From Flavobacteriales bacterium (lineage in GTDB: Bacteria; Bacteroidota; Bacteroidia; Flavobacteriales_F; PHOS-HE28): a stretch of DNA of 64,000 bases. Position 1 is the first letter of the stretch, and each line of letters begins with the position of its first letter. Positions 37,272 to 45,410 of the stretch are shown here, piece by piece. Location: contig JADJXH010000003.1 of the NCBI GenBank assembly GCA_016715895.1, forward strand, positions 325,583 to 389,582. Reading direction: 5' to 3'. The position numbers were made by a program, and so were the translations under genes. The notes below the pieces were generated by a model that saw only the letters and a list, made by a program, of their open reading frames with translations, did no database searches and was not told the DNA's origin.

Positions 37272-38477
37272 ATGCCCGGCACGGAGCTTTTCGGAGAAGA
37301 GGAGAAGAAGGAAGTGATGGACGTCCTGAACACCGGCGTTCTGTTCCGCTTCAACCACGACGCCCAGCGCGAGGGCCATTGGAAGGCGAAGGACTTCGAG
37401 GCCGAGGTGGCGAAGTTCTGCGGGGCCAAGTACGGCCTGGCCGTGAGCAGTGGCAGCACCGCAGTGAGCACCATGCTCGCGGCCTGTGGCGTGGGCTACG
37501 GCGACGAGGTCATCGTGCCACCCTTCACCTACATCGCCACCATCGAAGCGGTGATGCTCGCCGGGGCCCTGCCCGTCTTCGCCGAGATCGACGACACGCT
37601 CTGCATGAGCGCCGAAGGCATCCGCGCCGTCATCGGTCCGAAGACCAAGGCCGTGCTGCTCGTGCACATGTGCGGCGCCGCGGCCGACCTGGACGGCATC
37701 ATGGCCGTGTGCAAGGAGCACAACGTGCAGCTCATCGAGGATAGCGCGCAGGCCCTGGGCGCCAGCTACAAGGGGAAGATGCTCGGCACCTTCGGGCGCA
37801 TGGGCAGCTTCAGCTACGACTTCTTCAAGATCAACACCTGCGGCGAAGGCGGCGTGGTGATCACCGACGACCACCAGCTGTGGGACACCGCCCAGCAGTT
37901 CACCGACCACGGCCACGACCACATCGGCAACAACCGGGGCATGGAGCAGCACCCCATCATGGGCACCAACTTCCGCATCGGCGAGATCAACGCCGCCATC
38001 GGCCTGGCCCAAACGCGGAAGCTGCCCTACATCCTCGCCCAGCAGCGCACCCACAAGGCCATCATCAAGGAGCGCCTGTCGAAGATCCCCGGCCTGCAGT
38101 TCCGCCGCCACACCGATGAGGCCGGCGACAGCGCCACCTTCTTCCACCTGCTGCTGCCCAGCGAGCAGGTCGCCCGCGCCACTGTGAAGCTGTTCGCCGA
38201 GGCCGGCATCCCCCACGGCTACTGGTACGACAACATGTTCCACTACATCAAGCAGTGGGACCACGTGAAGAACCTCAGCATGCCCTACAAGCTGGTGGCC
38301 CACGAGCTCGGCCTCCCGCAGGACCTCAAGACCCTGACCTTCCCCAAGAGCGATGCCGTCATGAGCCGCCTCATCAGCTTCAACATCCGCGTCACCTGGA
38401 AGGCGGAGGAGCTGGATGCGATGGTGGGGAAGATGGAAGCGGCGATCGTGAAGGCGATGGAGTCCGCCTACGCTTAG
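37272..38477 (+). CDS. DegT/DnrJ/EryC1/StrS family PLP-dependent aminotransferase
   Basis: Family-specific N-terminus FGEEEKKEVMDVLNTGVLFRF. …FGRMGSFSYDFFKINTCGEGGVVITDD… region (PLP-lysine segment). Confidence 0.9.
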   Translation: MPGTELFGEEEKKEVMDVLNTGVLFRFNHDAQREGHWKAKDFEAEVAKFCGAKYGLAVSSGSTAVSTMLAACGVGYGDEVIVPPFTYIATIEAVMLAGALPVFAEIDDTLCMSAEGIRAVIGPKTKAVLLVHMCGAAADLDGIMAVCKEHNVQLIEDSAQALGASYKGKMLGTFGRMGSFSYDFFKINTCGEGGVVITDDHQLWDTAQQFTDHGHDHIGNNRGMEQHPIMGTNFRIGEINAAIGLAQTRKLPYILAQQRTHKAIIKERLSKIPGLQFRRHTDEAGDSATFFHLLLPSEQVARATVKLFAEAGIPHGYWYDNMFHYIKQWDHVKNLSMPYKLVAHELGLPQDLKTLTFPKSDAVMSRLISFNIRVTWKAEELDAMVGKMEAAIVKAMESAYA

Positions 38478-38526
38478 GCTTCGGCGGATGATAGGGGTGG
38501 TGGTTTAGGTCACCTACTTTGCGCCT

Positions 38527-39012
38527 ATGCGCATTGAGCGGATACCGGATGACAACCCTGTCGTGCCGGATGTCATTTGCTCAGAGAAGTCCGTTGGTGA
38601 ACCTGAAGTGCATGCATCAGCGCTATTTCGAGTGCATCATTCGAGCGAGAGCTTCACATTGAGGGTTGAATGGGCCAGCGACCATTCCGCCAGAGATGTT
38701 GAGGAGTCCGACTTTCTATTGATCCCGGAGACGGGAACGATCTTCTTCAGAACGTTGTATCAATGGGGGGTGCTCGACGTTCGGCGAGCGGCGCTCGTTC
38801 GACATGAGAAGGCGATGTACAGGCCATTCATCAGCAGGCATGGGAGCTTTGTCGTGATCGAAGATGAACTGCAAGCGGAGTCTACGGACCTTTGGGGAAG
38901 GCACGTTCATTCAGTACCGATCGATCCACCTTGGGATGCCGTTGAGCATGATGATCGCATCGAGTATGATTGTCCGGTGTATGGCAGGCAGGTTCTCAGG
39001 CTGACCAGGTGA
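38527..39012 (+). CDS. Hypothetical protein in a low-GC insertion
   Basis: 161-aa ORF. Local GC is about 50% versus about 67% flanking. Adjacent to the IS110-family element. No recognisable domain. Confidence 0.35.
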   Translation: MRIERIPDDNPVVPDVICSEKSVGEPEVHASALFRVHHSSESFTLRVEWASDHSARDVEESDFLLIPETGTIFFRTLYQWGVLDVRRAALVRHEKAMYRPFISRHGSFVVIEDELQAESTDLWGRHVHSVPIDPPWDAVEHDDRIEYDCPVYGRQVLRLTR

Positions 39013-40436
39013 TCTGTTCTCCTTGGAAAGGCGGATAGGACGTTCCGGCGCGGCCCAATGCGCCGCGCCGTCGGGCCATTCGCTCGTAGTCCTCGCCGCC
39101 CTCGCCCGGCCTTGAGCCGGGGTTCGTGCGGCTGTGGGCTACCCGCTGCTGCTCTACACTTGGACGCTTGGAAGATGAAGCATCTTCGAAGTGAACAATT
39201 CCTCCGAAGGAGGCTGAGCAGGATCACAGGTGAACCAGTCCGCTGCGAAGGTGTGATGACCTATAGCGATTATCGGTACCTGCGGTCCCTCAGGTCTGAG
39301 GCTTGGATAGAATGTGAGGCTCACGGCCTACTAGAGTTGTCAAGTTCAGGACCCGATGCTCAGCGCTCCCCCAGGGGATCGTGTGTCACCCAAAAGTAAA
39401 CGAACATGAAACACTGGATCGGGATCGACGTGAGCAAGGCGACACTGGATGTGGCCCTGCTGGATGAACGCGGGACGCTGACCGCTGAGACCAAGGTGGA
39501 GAACACCACCAGAAGCGTGAAGACACTACTGCGTCGATGGACCAAGGAGTTCGCACCGGTCAAAGGAGAATACCTGGTGTGCCTGGAGCCCACGGGCTAC
39601 TACGGCCATGCGCTGCTGGAAGTGTTGGTGGAATTGGAGATCCCCACCTGGCTTGCTCATCCCAACGACATCAAGCAGAGCATCGGAATGACCCGGGGAA
39701 AGAGCGACCGAGTGGATGCGCTCAGGATCGCCGACTACGCCCGGCGCTTCCAAGACAAGTCGCGGTTGTTCACGGCCGACCAGCTGAAGATGAACAAGCT
39801 CAAGCAGCTCCTGAGCAAGCGCCAGAACTACGTGATGCGCAAGACCATGCACCAGCGGCAGATCAAGGACATGAACAAGCTCATGGACAAGGACCTGCGC
39901 GGGCCGTTCACCCGGTTCGATAAGGCACAGATCAAAGCGCTGGACAAGGCGATCAAGGAACTGGAAGGCATGATCGAGGACACCATCAACGCGGAGCCCG
40001 AGTTGAGCAAGCGCTTCGAACTGCTGAAGTCCGTGGAAGGCGTTGGGCTCATTCTGGGCTCACATCTGCGGGCCCTCACCGACGGCTTCACGCGATTCAC
40101 CTCACCGCGACAGCTAGCTTGCCATGCCGGATGCGCACCCTTCGAGAACAGGTCAGGCACCAGCATCAGAGGGCGCACCCGCGTATCGCACAATGCCAAC
40201 CATACGCTCAAGGCCCTGCTGCATGTCTCGGTGGTCGGGCTCATCCGGTTCCCTGGTGAGTTCCGCGCCTACTACGACCGCAAAGTGGCCGAGGGCAAAC
40301 ACAAGATGCTTGTCTTCAACGCCATGCGCAACAAACTCATCCACCGCGTCTGTGCCGTGATCCGAAAGGGAGTGCCTTACGAGATACGAACACCCCTTGC
40401 ACACGTCATAGAATAATCCCTAACGCGGAATGCCGG
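39013..40436 (+). mobile_element. IS110-family insertion element: ~390-bp non-coding 5' leader plus DEDD transposase, with no terminal inverted repeats, as expected for this family. Left boundary approximate; 3' end abuts a family-C repeat.
   Basis: The transposase gene is preceded by a long leader containing only a 113-aa non-protein-like ORF. Element plus neighbouring ORF form a low-GC block (38480-40440). High-GC sequence resumes immediately after, starting with repeat ctgcatcatctgtgtccatccgtgtccatctgtgg. Confidence 0.55.
39406..40416 (+). CDS. IS110 family transposase (DEDD/RuvC-like N-terminal domain plus C-terminal Tnp domain)
   Basis: MKHWIGIDVSKATLDVALLDE...VCLEPTGYYGHALLEVL... (DEDD N-domain). 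...LKSVEGVGLILGSHLRALTDGFTRFTSPRQLACHAGCAPFENRSGTSIRGRTRVSHNANHTLKALLHVSVV... is a typical IS110/IS1111 C-terminal domain. Confidence 0.95.
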   Translation: MKHWIGIDVSKATLDVALLDERGTLTAETKVENTTRSVKTLLRRWTKEFAPVKGEYLVCLEPTGYYGHALLEVLVELEIPTWLAHPNDIKQSIGMTRGKSDRVDALRIADYARRFQDKSRLFTADQLKMNKLKQLLSKRQNYVMRKTMHQRQIKDMNKLMDKDLRGPFTRFDKAQIKALDKAIKELEGMIEDTINAEPELSKRFELLKSVEGVGLILGSHLRALTDGFTRFTSPRQLACHAGCAPFENRSGTSIRGRTRVSHNANHTLKALLHVSVVGLIRFPGEFRAYYDRKVAEGKHKMLVFNAMRNKLIHRVCAVIRKGVPYEIRTPLAHVIE

Positions 40437-40488
40437 CTGCATCATCTGTGTCCATCCGTGTCCATCTGTGGTTCGCTGCATTCACCCC
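40437..40488 (+). repeat. Family-C repeat (GCATCATCTGTGTCCATCCGTGTCCATCTGTGGTT...CCCC) immediately 3' of the IS110 element
   Basis: Internally three tandem CATC[TC]GTGTC decamers. Four further copies lie at 44787-44819 (inverted), 45204-45243, 45301-45345 and 45361-45405. Confidence 0.75.
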
Positions 40489-40898
40489 GTGTACACCCAC
40501 ATCCCACCCGCGCACAGCAGGAAGTAGGGCACCAGGCTCGCGGCCCCCGCGTAGTCCTTTGCCACGCGCTGGCCGAAGAAGAGCAGGGTGATCGCCAACG
40601 CCCCCAAGGTGCACCCCCAGGCCCCCAGGGTCGGGTCGCCGTGGAGGCCGACCTGCAACAGGCCGATCGCGGCGCACGCCCCGGCCGACAGTTCAATGGC
40701 CGTGATCACCGGCAGCAGCAGCGGCACCGTGCCCTTCAGCGGCGACTTCGCGAAGTGGCCGGTCAGCCAGGCCAGGTTCCCTTTCCAGTCCAGGGCCTTG
40801 TCCAGCCCCGATTGCAGGAAGAGGATGGCCACCATGGCGGTGAAGGCCATGCGCAGCAGGTCGATGCCGGTGTAGCCGAACAGGATGCCCGATTCCAT
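40482..40898 (-). CDS. DoxX family membrane protein
   Basis: About 138 aa from MESGILFGYTGIDLLRMAFTAMVAILFLQSGLDK. Four TM helices with a DoxX-like pattern. The upstream part of the ORF is an extension through repeat sequence. Confidence 0.65.
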   Translation of the reverse strand: MESGILFGYTGIDLLRMAFTAMVAILFLQSGLDKALDWKGNLAWLTGHFAKSPLKGTVPLLLPVITAIELSAGACAAIGLLQVGLHGDPTLGAWGCTLGALAITLLFFGQRVAKDYAGAASLVPYFLLCAGGMWVYTG

Positions 40899-41029
40899 GG
40901 CGTGAAGGTGCGGGTTCCGATGACAAAACGAGGCATTCCCACGGCTCGTTCGATCTGAGCCGGAAATGGGGCGGTGGATGAACATCCGGGGTGGGCGATC
41001 TCCCAACACGGTACTTGTTCAGATCCTGA

Positions 41030-41968
41030 TCATGGCAAGATGAACCGTCCGTGGCCCGTGCCATGGTCACCCGACCAGCTCAGGATGTATGCGCCTTTTG
41101 GGAGTTGGCTCACATCCAGCCCGCCATCCGACATGGACCGGCCATGGGAGACGGTCTTCCCATGGACGTCCCGGATCATCCAGGTGGCATTCGGCTCCAT
41201 TGACCTCACCCCGACCCGAGCGCCGTTGGCATCCAGCCAGATCATGGCTTCTGAAGTGGGGCTGTCCTCACTGATGGACAGGGGTGAGGTGTCCGCGCTT
41301 ATGTCGAGGTTGTCAAAAGCGGCATACCCTGATGCTTGAAGGTCGATCAGCACGGTGACCGTCCCATTGGAGGAGGCGCTAACGTCCAGAGCGGCACCGA
41401 CGGTGGTCCAATTGAAGGAGAATGGATCCGAAGAAGGGGGGCCACCGGTCAGCGTGGCATCATCCAACACCATACCGGGCGAATTGATGTTGAACGCACC
41501 CGAGGGCGTGTCGAACACGGTCACCTGGAAGATGGGAGCGGCCGTTCCGAACGGGGCACCACAACCGGAGACTTCGATGCCCGAAATGTCCATTGTCAGG
41601 TTCACATAGGGAAGACCGTCGCTGTCCAGTGTCAAGGCCGCTTTGTCATTCTGTTGGGCCGTCTGAAGCCCAATGCAGTAATCACCGCCGATGCCGGCCT
41701 GGTCGGTATACACATTACCGGGACCATTGATCAACAAGGTCTCAACAGTAAAGGTCTGTGCCCAATTGCCACCGCCTCCTGTCCCACCACCTGTGCCGGC
41801 CCAAAGATCGTTCACTGCCTGCTGGCTGATGTCCGTACCGCACGCGGCGGTGGTCACGGCCATGTTCGGGCTCGTGAAAGCGTTCGAATACAACGTGATG
41901 GTCTGGGCGACCAGCGGGGTCGTCAAAGCGAACGGGGTACCAATGGTGAAAAGGTAGATGTGACGCAT
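41030..41968 (-). CDS. Secreted hypothetical protein with T9SS type-A C-terminal sorting domain
   Basis: Signal peptide MRHIYLFTIGTPFALTTPLVAQ. C-terminal ...LPKGAYILSWSGDHGTGHGRFILP. Confidence 0.6.
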   Translation of the reverse strand: MRHIYLFTIGTPFALTTPLVAQTITLYSNAFTSPNMAVTTAACGTDISQQAVNDLWAGTGGGTGGGGNWAQTFTVETLLINGPGNVYTDQAGIGGDYCIGLQTAQQNDKAALTLDSDGLPYVNLTMDISGIEVSGCGAPFGTAAPIFQVTVFDTPSGAFNINSPGMVLDDATLTGGPPSSDPFSFNWTTVGAALDVSASSNGTVTVLIDLQASGYAAFDNLDISADTSPLSISEDSPTSEAMIWLDANGARVGVRSMEPNATWMIRDVHGKTVSHGRSMSDGGLDVSQLPKGAYILSWSGDHGTGHGRFILP

Positions 41969-42128
41969 GGTGGTCTCATTTTTCACAAAGTAAGACTAGG
42001 AATGGCCATTGTTCCCCGAGCCTGTGCTCCCGAAGAATATGGATGGACATGCATCGCGTACTTCTTCGGACCAACTGGCGGAGCGGCTTGGACCGGTCAC
42101 ATCGTCCCAACCGCTTTCCTTTGTGGCC

Positions 42129-43211
42129 ATGCACCTCTTCCGGAATTTCAAGTCCGTCACCAAGACCTGCTACGGCCGCGGCAGCTTCGGCAAGCTGGGC
42201 GAGATCCTTGAGCCGCACCGCAACACGGGCAAGGGCTTCATGGTCTTCCTGGTGGACCACTACTTCCAGGACAAGACCGACTTCCTCGCCCGCATCCCGA
42301 AGCAGGAGGGCGACGAGCTCATCTTCTGCAGCACGAAGAAGGAGCCGAGCACCGAGCAGATCGATGGGCTGCGCGACGACATCCTTGGGCGCCGCGGCCT
42401 TCCTGCCGGTGTGGTGGGCGTCGGTGGCGGCAACGTGATGGACGTGGCCAAGGCGCTCTCGCTCATGTTCACCAACGCGGGCAGCAGCGTGCAGTACCAG
42501 GGCCTCAACCTGATCAAGAAGCCCGGCATCTACCATTGCGGCGTGCCCACCATCAGTGGCACCGGGGCGGAGGTGAGCATGACCGCCGTGCTCACCGGCC
42601 CCGTGAAGAAGCTCGGCCTCAAGTGCGACTGGACCGTCTTCGACCAGATCGTGCTAGACCCGGACCTCATCGCCTCCGTGCCCACCGACCAGTGGTTCTA
42701 CACGGGCATGGACACCTACATCCACAGCGTGGAAGCCATCACCGGCACCAAGAAGAACACCTTCGCCGAGGCCTACAGCGAGAAGGCGCTCGACCTATGC
42801 CGCGAGGTGTACCTGAAGCGCGACCGCAGCGACCCCAAGAGCGACGAGCTGCTGATGGTGGCCAGCTACATGGGTGGCCTCAGCCTCACCTACAGCGAGG
42901 TGGGCGTGTGCCACGCGCTGAGCTACGGCCTGGGCAAGGTGCTGGAGATGCACCACTGCTTCGCGAACTGCGTGGCCTTCAACCAGCTGGAGGACGTGTA
43001 TGGCGAATACGTGCAGGAGTTCAAGCACATGGTGAAGGAGCGCGGCGTGAACCTGGCCGCCAACCTCAGCAAGGACTGGGACGAGAAGACCCTCGACGCC
43101 ATGGCCGAAGTGGCCTACAACCTGCCGCACATGTGGGACCACGCCTTCGGCCCGGACTGGCAGCAGGTGCTGGACCGCGAGCGGATCAAGGGGTGGTACA
43201 GGCGGATGTGA
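42129..43211 (+). CDS. Iron-containing (group III) alcohol dehydrogenase family protein
   Basis: GGGSxxD-type motif VGGGNVMDVAKAL. Downstream metal-binding His-containing blocks ...DTYIHSVEAI...CHALSYGLG...; start taken at MHLFRNF. Confidence 0.8.
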   Translation: MHLFRNFKSVTKTCYGRGSFGKLGEILEPHRNTGKGFMVFLVDHYFQDKTDFLARIPKQEGDELIFCSTKKEPSTEQIDGLRDDILGRRGLPAGVVGVGGGNVMDVAKALSLMFTNAGSSVQYQGLNLIKKPGIYHCGVPTISGTGAEVSMTAVLTGPVKKLGLKCDWTVFDQIVLDPDLIASVPTDQWFYTGMDTYIHSVEAITGTKKNTFAEAYSEKALDLCREVYLKRDRSDPKSDELLMVASYMGGLSLTYSEVGVCHALSYGLGKVLEMHHCFANCVAFNQLEDVYGEYVQEFKHMVKERGVNLAANLSKDWDEKTLDAMAEVAYNLPHMWDHAFGPDWQQVLDRERIKGWYRRM

Positions 43212-43300
43212 GTCCGATCAGAGGATCAGCGAATGAGATGATCAGTGAATGGACCTCTGCGGCGATCATCATCTGATCTTCTGATCAACTCATTATCCGA

Positions 43301-43636
43301 TCAACCCAAGAACGCCCCATCCACCACAAGCATCTTCACCGGGCCGTTGGTGCGCGACCGGTGCGAACTGAGCCCGTCGCTGACGTGATAGGACATGCCG
43401 GCCTGTAGCACGTTCACCGTCCCGTCTTCGTGCTCGTTGATCAGTTCGCCTTCCAGCACGAAGACCAGGTGTCCGAGCTGGCACCAATGGTCGGTGAGGT
43501 AGCCTGCTGAATACTCCACCATCCGAATACGCAACCCTTGGTGCTGCACGGTGCGCATGGTGGCCGTGCCGGTGGTGCCGTTCACCGTGGTGGTCGGCAG
43601 CTGTGACCAGTCAATGGTTTCGAAGGGGATCTGCAT
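43301..43636 (-). CDS. Cupin domain protein
   Basis: 111 aa with a two-motif cupin beta-barrel pattern (...RMVEYSAGYLTDHWCQLGHLVFVLEGEL...). Confidence 0.6.
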   Translation of the reverse strand: MQIPFETIDWSQLPTTTVNGTTGTATMRTVQHQGLRIRMVEYSAGYLTDHWCQLGHLVFVLEGELINEHEDGTVNVLQAGMSYHVSDGLSSHRSRTNGPVKMLVVDGAFLG

Positions 43637-43656
43637 TCAGTGATCAGTTGTCGTTC

Positions 43657-44034
43657 CTAAAATGGCGCCGCCAGCGCGATCACATGGCCGTCCGGGTCGG
43701 CGAAGTAGGCCACCCGGTCGCCCCAGTCTCGGTCGGTGGCGGGGGAGACCGCGGTAAGACCGGCCTGCACCGCTCGCGCGATCGCCGCATCCAGGTCATC
43801 CACGCGCAGGTAGAGCTCGCAACGCGGCACACCATGCCCGGCATCGGGGTGGGGCAGGGCGGGCGTAATGATGCGGGCGATGCCGCTGGCAGGCATCAGG
43901 CCCAGCGTGCAGCCGCCCAGGTCGAACTCGGTCATGCCCGGCACGTCGAGCACCGGTTCACGGTCCAGCAACAACCGGTACAGGTCGCGGCTGCGCTGCT
44001 GGTCCTGCACGTAGAGGATGAACTCGGCCTGCAT
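43657..44034 (-). CDS. VOC (glyoxalase/bleomycin-resistance/dioxygenase) family protein
   Basis: About 125 aa; C-terminal ...AYFADPDGHVIALAAP is a typical VOC signature. Confidence 0.6.
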   Translation of the reverse strand: MQAEFILYVQDQQRSRDLYRLLLDREPVLDVPGMTEFDLGGCTLGLMPASGIARIITPALPHPDAGHGVPRCELYLRVDDLDAAIARAVQAGLTAVSPATDRDWGDRVAYFADPDGHVIALAAPF

Positions 44035-44044
44035 CGCTTCAAAG

Positions 44045-44818
44045 ATGGCGTTCCTCCCCATCTTCGGCGCGGCGATGCATCACCTGCTGCACCTGGTCTT
44101 CGAGCTGGCCGCCTTCGCGGTGGGCTACGCCTACTTCCAGCGGCTGCGCGCAGGGCAGGGCGATCCCATCCCCGAGCCGAAGCGCGTATGGATCATCATC
44201 GGTGCGGCGGCCGGGGCCCTGCTGGGCTCGCGGGTGCTGGGCGCGCTGGAGGATCCAGCCAAGCTCGCCGCCGATGGCTTGGCCCTCTTCATCGCATTCA
44301 ATAACCGCACGATCGTGGGCGGACTGCTCGGCGGGCTGGTGGGGGTGGAGCTCACCAAGAAGCTGATCGGTGTCCGTACCAGCAGCGGCGACCTCTTCAC
44401 CTACCCGCTGATCCTGGGCATGATGATCGGTCGCGTGGGCTGCCTGCTCGGTGGGCTGGAGGACAACACCTACGGCACGCCCACGGACCTGCCCTGGGGC
44501 ATCGACCTTGGCGATGGCGTGCGCCGGCATCCCACCAACCTCTACGAGATCCTGTGGCTGGGTGCGCTTTGGATGCTGTTGCGCGGGGTTGAACGCCGGT
44601 GGACCCTCGCGAACGGTGCGCGTTTCAAGCTCTTCATGGTGGGCTACCTGCTCTTCCGCCTGGCCGTAGAGGCCATCAAGCCGCAGCCCATCATTGCCCT
44701 CGGCCTTTCAACCATCCAGTGGGCCTGCGCGGCCGGACTCCTGTATTACTTCAAGGTGTGGCTGACGCCACGGTCCTTGGTTATTCAACCACAGATGAAC
44801 ACGGATGGACACAGATAG
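44045..44818 (+). CDS. lgt: Prolipoprotein diacylglyceryl transferase; the 3' end runs into a family-C repeat
   Basis: Lgt signature HPTNLYEILWLGALWMLL (HPTQLYE-type). ...GRVGCLLGG...; multi-TM. Confidence 0.75.
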   Translation: MAFLPIFGAAMHHLLHLVFELAAFAVGYAYFQRLRAGQGDPIPEPKRVWIIIGAAAGALLGSRVLGALEDPAKLAADGLALFIAFNNRTIVGGLLGGLVGVELTKKLIGVRTSSGDLFTYPLILGMMIGRVGCLLGGLEDNTYGTPTDLPWGIDLGDGVRRHPTNLYEILWLGALWMLLRGVERRWTLANGARFKLFMVGYLLFRLAVEAIKPQPIIALGLSTIQWACAAGLLYYFKVWLTPRSLVIQPQMNTDGHR

Positions 44819-44819
44819 G
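44787..44819 (-). repeat. Family-C repeat copy in inverted orientation, overlapping the lgt 3' end and the GxxExxY start codon
   Basis: aaccacagatgaacacggatggacacagatagg is the reverse complement of CCTATCTGTGTCCATCCGTGTTCATCTGTGGTT. Confidence 0.75.
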
Positions 44820-45197
44820 AAAGGACAGGACGGTTATCCGCTCGCGAGCGAGACAGAGGAGGTCATTGGCTGTGCCATGGAGGTGCTGAACGTGCTGGGG
44901 CATGGCCTGCTCGAGAAGCCCTATGAGAACGCCTTGGTGGTGGAGTTCAGGCTGCGCGGCATCCCTTTCGAGCAACAGCCCGCCTTCGATGTGCTCTACA
45001 AGAACGAACAGGTCGGTTTGTATGTGCCGGACCTGATCGTGCGGGAGGCTGTGGTCGTGGATGCCAAGACCATCGACCGCATCACCGATCACGAGCTCGG
45101 CCAGATGCTCAACTACCTGCGCATCACCGGCCATCGCGTCGGACTGATCCTGAACTTCAAGCGCGCCAAGCTCGAATGGAAACGCGTCATTCTCTGA
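44805..45197 (+). CDS. GxxExxY family protein (PD-(D/E)xK nuclease superfamily)
   Basis: ...EEVIGCAMEVLNVLGHGLLEKPYENALVVEFRLRGIPFEQQ...GLYVPDLIVREAVVVDAKTI...LGQMLNYLRITGHRVGLILNF matches the GxxExxY family motifs (here GLLEKPY) and the PD-D/ExK core (D...E.K). Confidence 0.8.
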   Translation: MDTDRKGQDGYPLASETEEVIGCAMEVLNVLGHGLLEKPYENALVVEFRLRGIPFEQQPAFDVLYKNEQVGLYVPDLIVREAVVVDAKTIDRITDHELGQMLNYLRITGHRVGLILNFKRAKLEWKRVIL

Positions 45198-45203
45198 CCA
45201 TGC

Positions 45204-45405
45204 GCGCTCATCTGTGTGCATCTGTGTCCATCAGTGGTTCCCCTTCCGCGAAGGCGAAGCCGAGCGCCGCCCGCATGGAGTTCGGATGCAATGCTGATCT
45301 ACGCATTCATCTGTGTCCATCCGTGTCCATCAGTGGTTGTGCCCCACGCTGGCCAGCCCGTCGCATTCATCTGTGTTCATCCGTGTCCATCTGTGGTTAT
45401 TCCCC
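45204..45405 (+). repeat. Cluster of three direct family-C repeat copies (45204-45243, 45301-45345, 45361-45405) immediately downstream of the GxxExxY gene
   Basis: The copies are about 90-95% identical to each other and to the 40437 copy. Spacers are irregular (57 and 15 bp). Confidence 0.75.
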
Positions 45406-45410
45406 CTCCC

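Noticed and set aside
36414-38303. 629-aa minus-strand ORF
   Set aside because: Only the last 249 codons (SDR oxidoreductase, MDLNGKVALITG...) are a gene. The upstream 380 codons run antisense through the DegT aminotransferase gene. Similar spurious N-terminal extensions were trimmed for 47125..49155 (lipoprotein), 47254..49332 (FecCD permease), 49071..50102 (ABC ATPase), 31094..34447 (GH38, Pro/Arg-rich 112-codon extension), 28121..30223, 23157..25475 and 50150..50740.
36414-43211. DegT aminotransferase plus SDR plus Fe-ADH/DHQS-like genes as an aminocyclitol or sugar biosynthetic cluster
   Set aside because: The Fe-ADH protein has classic group III alcohol dehydrogenase motifs rather than sugar-phosphate cyclase features. 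The genes are on different strands and separated by an IS110 insertion, a DoxX gene and a T9SS cargo gene. There is no glycosyltransferase or nucleotidyltransferase nearby.
45195-45410. Possible CRISPR array (three ~40-bp repeats downstream of a nuclease-fold gene)
   Set aside because: The repeats are only about 90-95% identical. The spacers are 57 and 15 bp, irregular and too short. The repeat is itself a tandem of decamers. There are no cas genes in the window. Other copies are solitary. It was interpreted as a REP/BIME-like repeat cluster instead.
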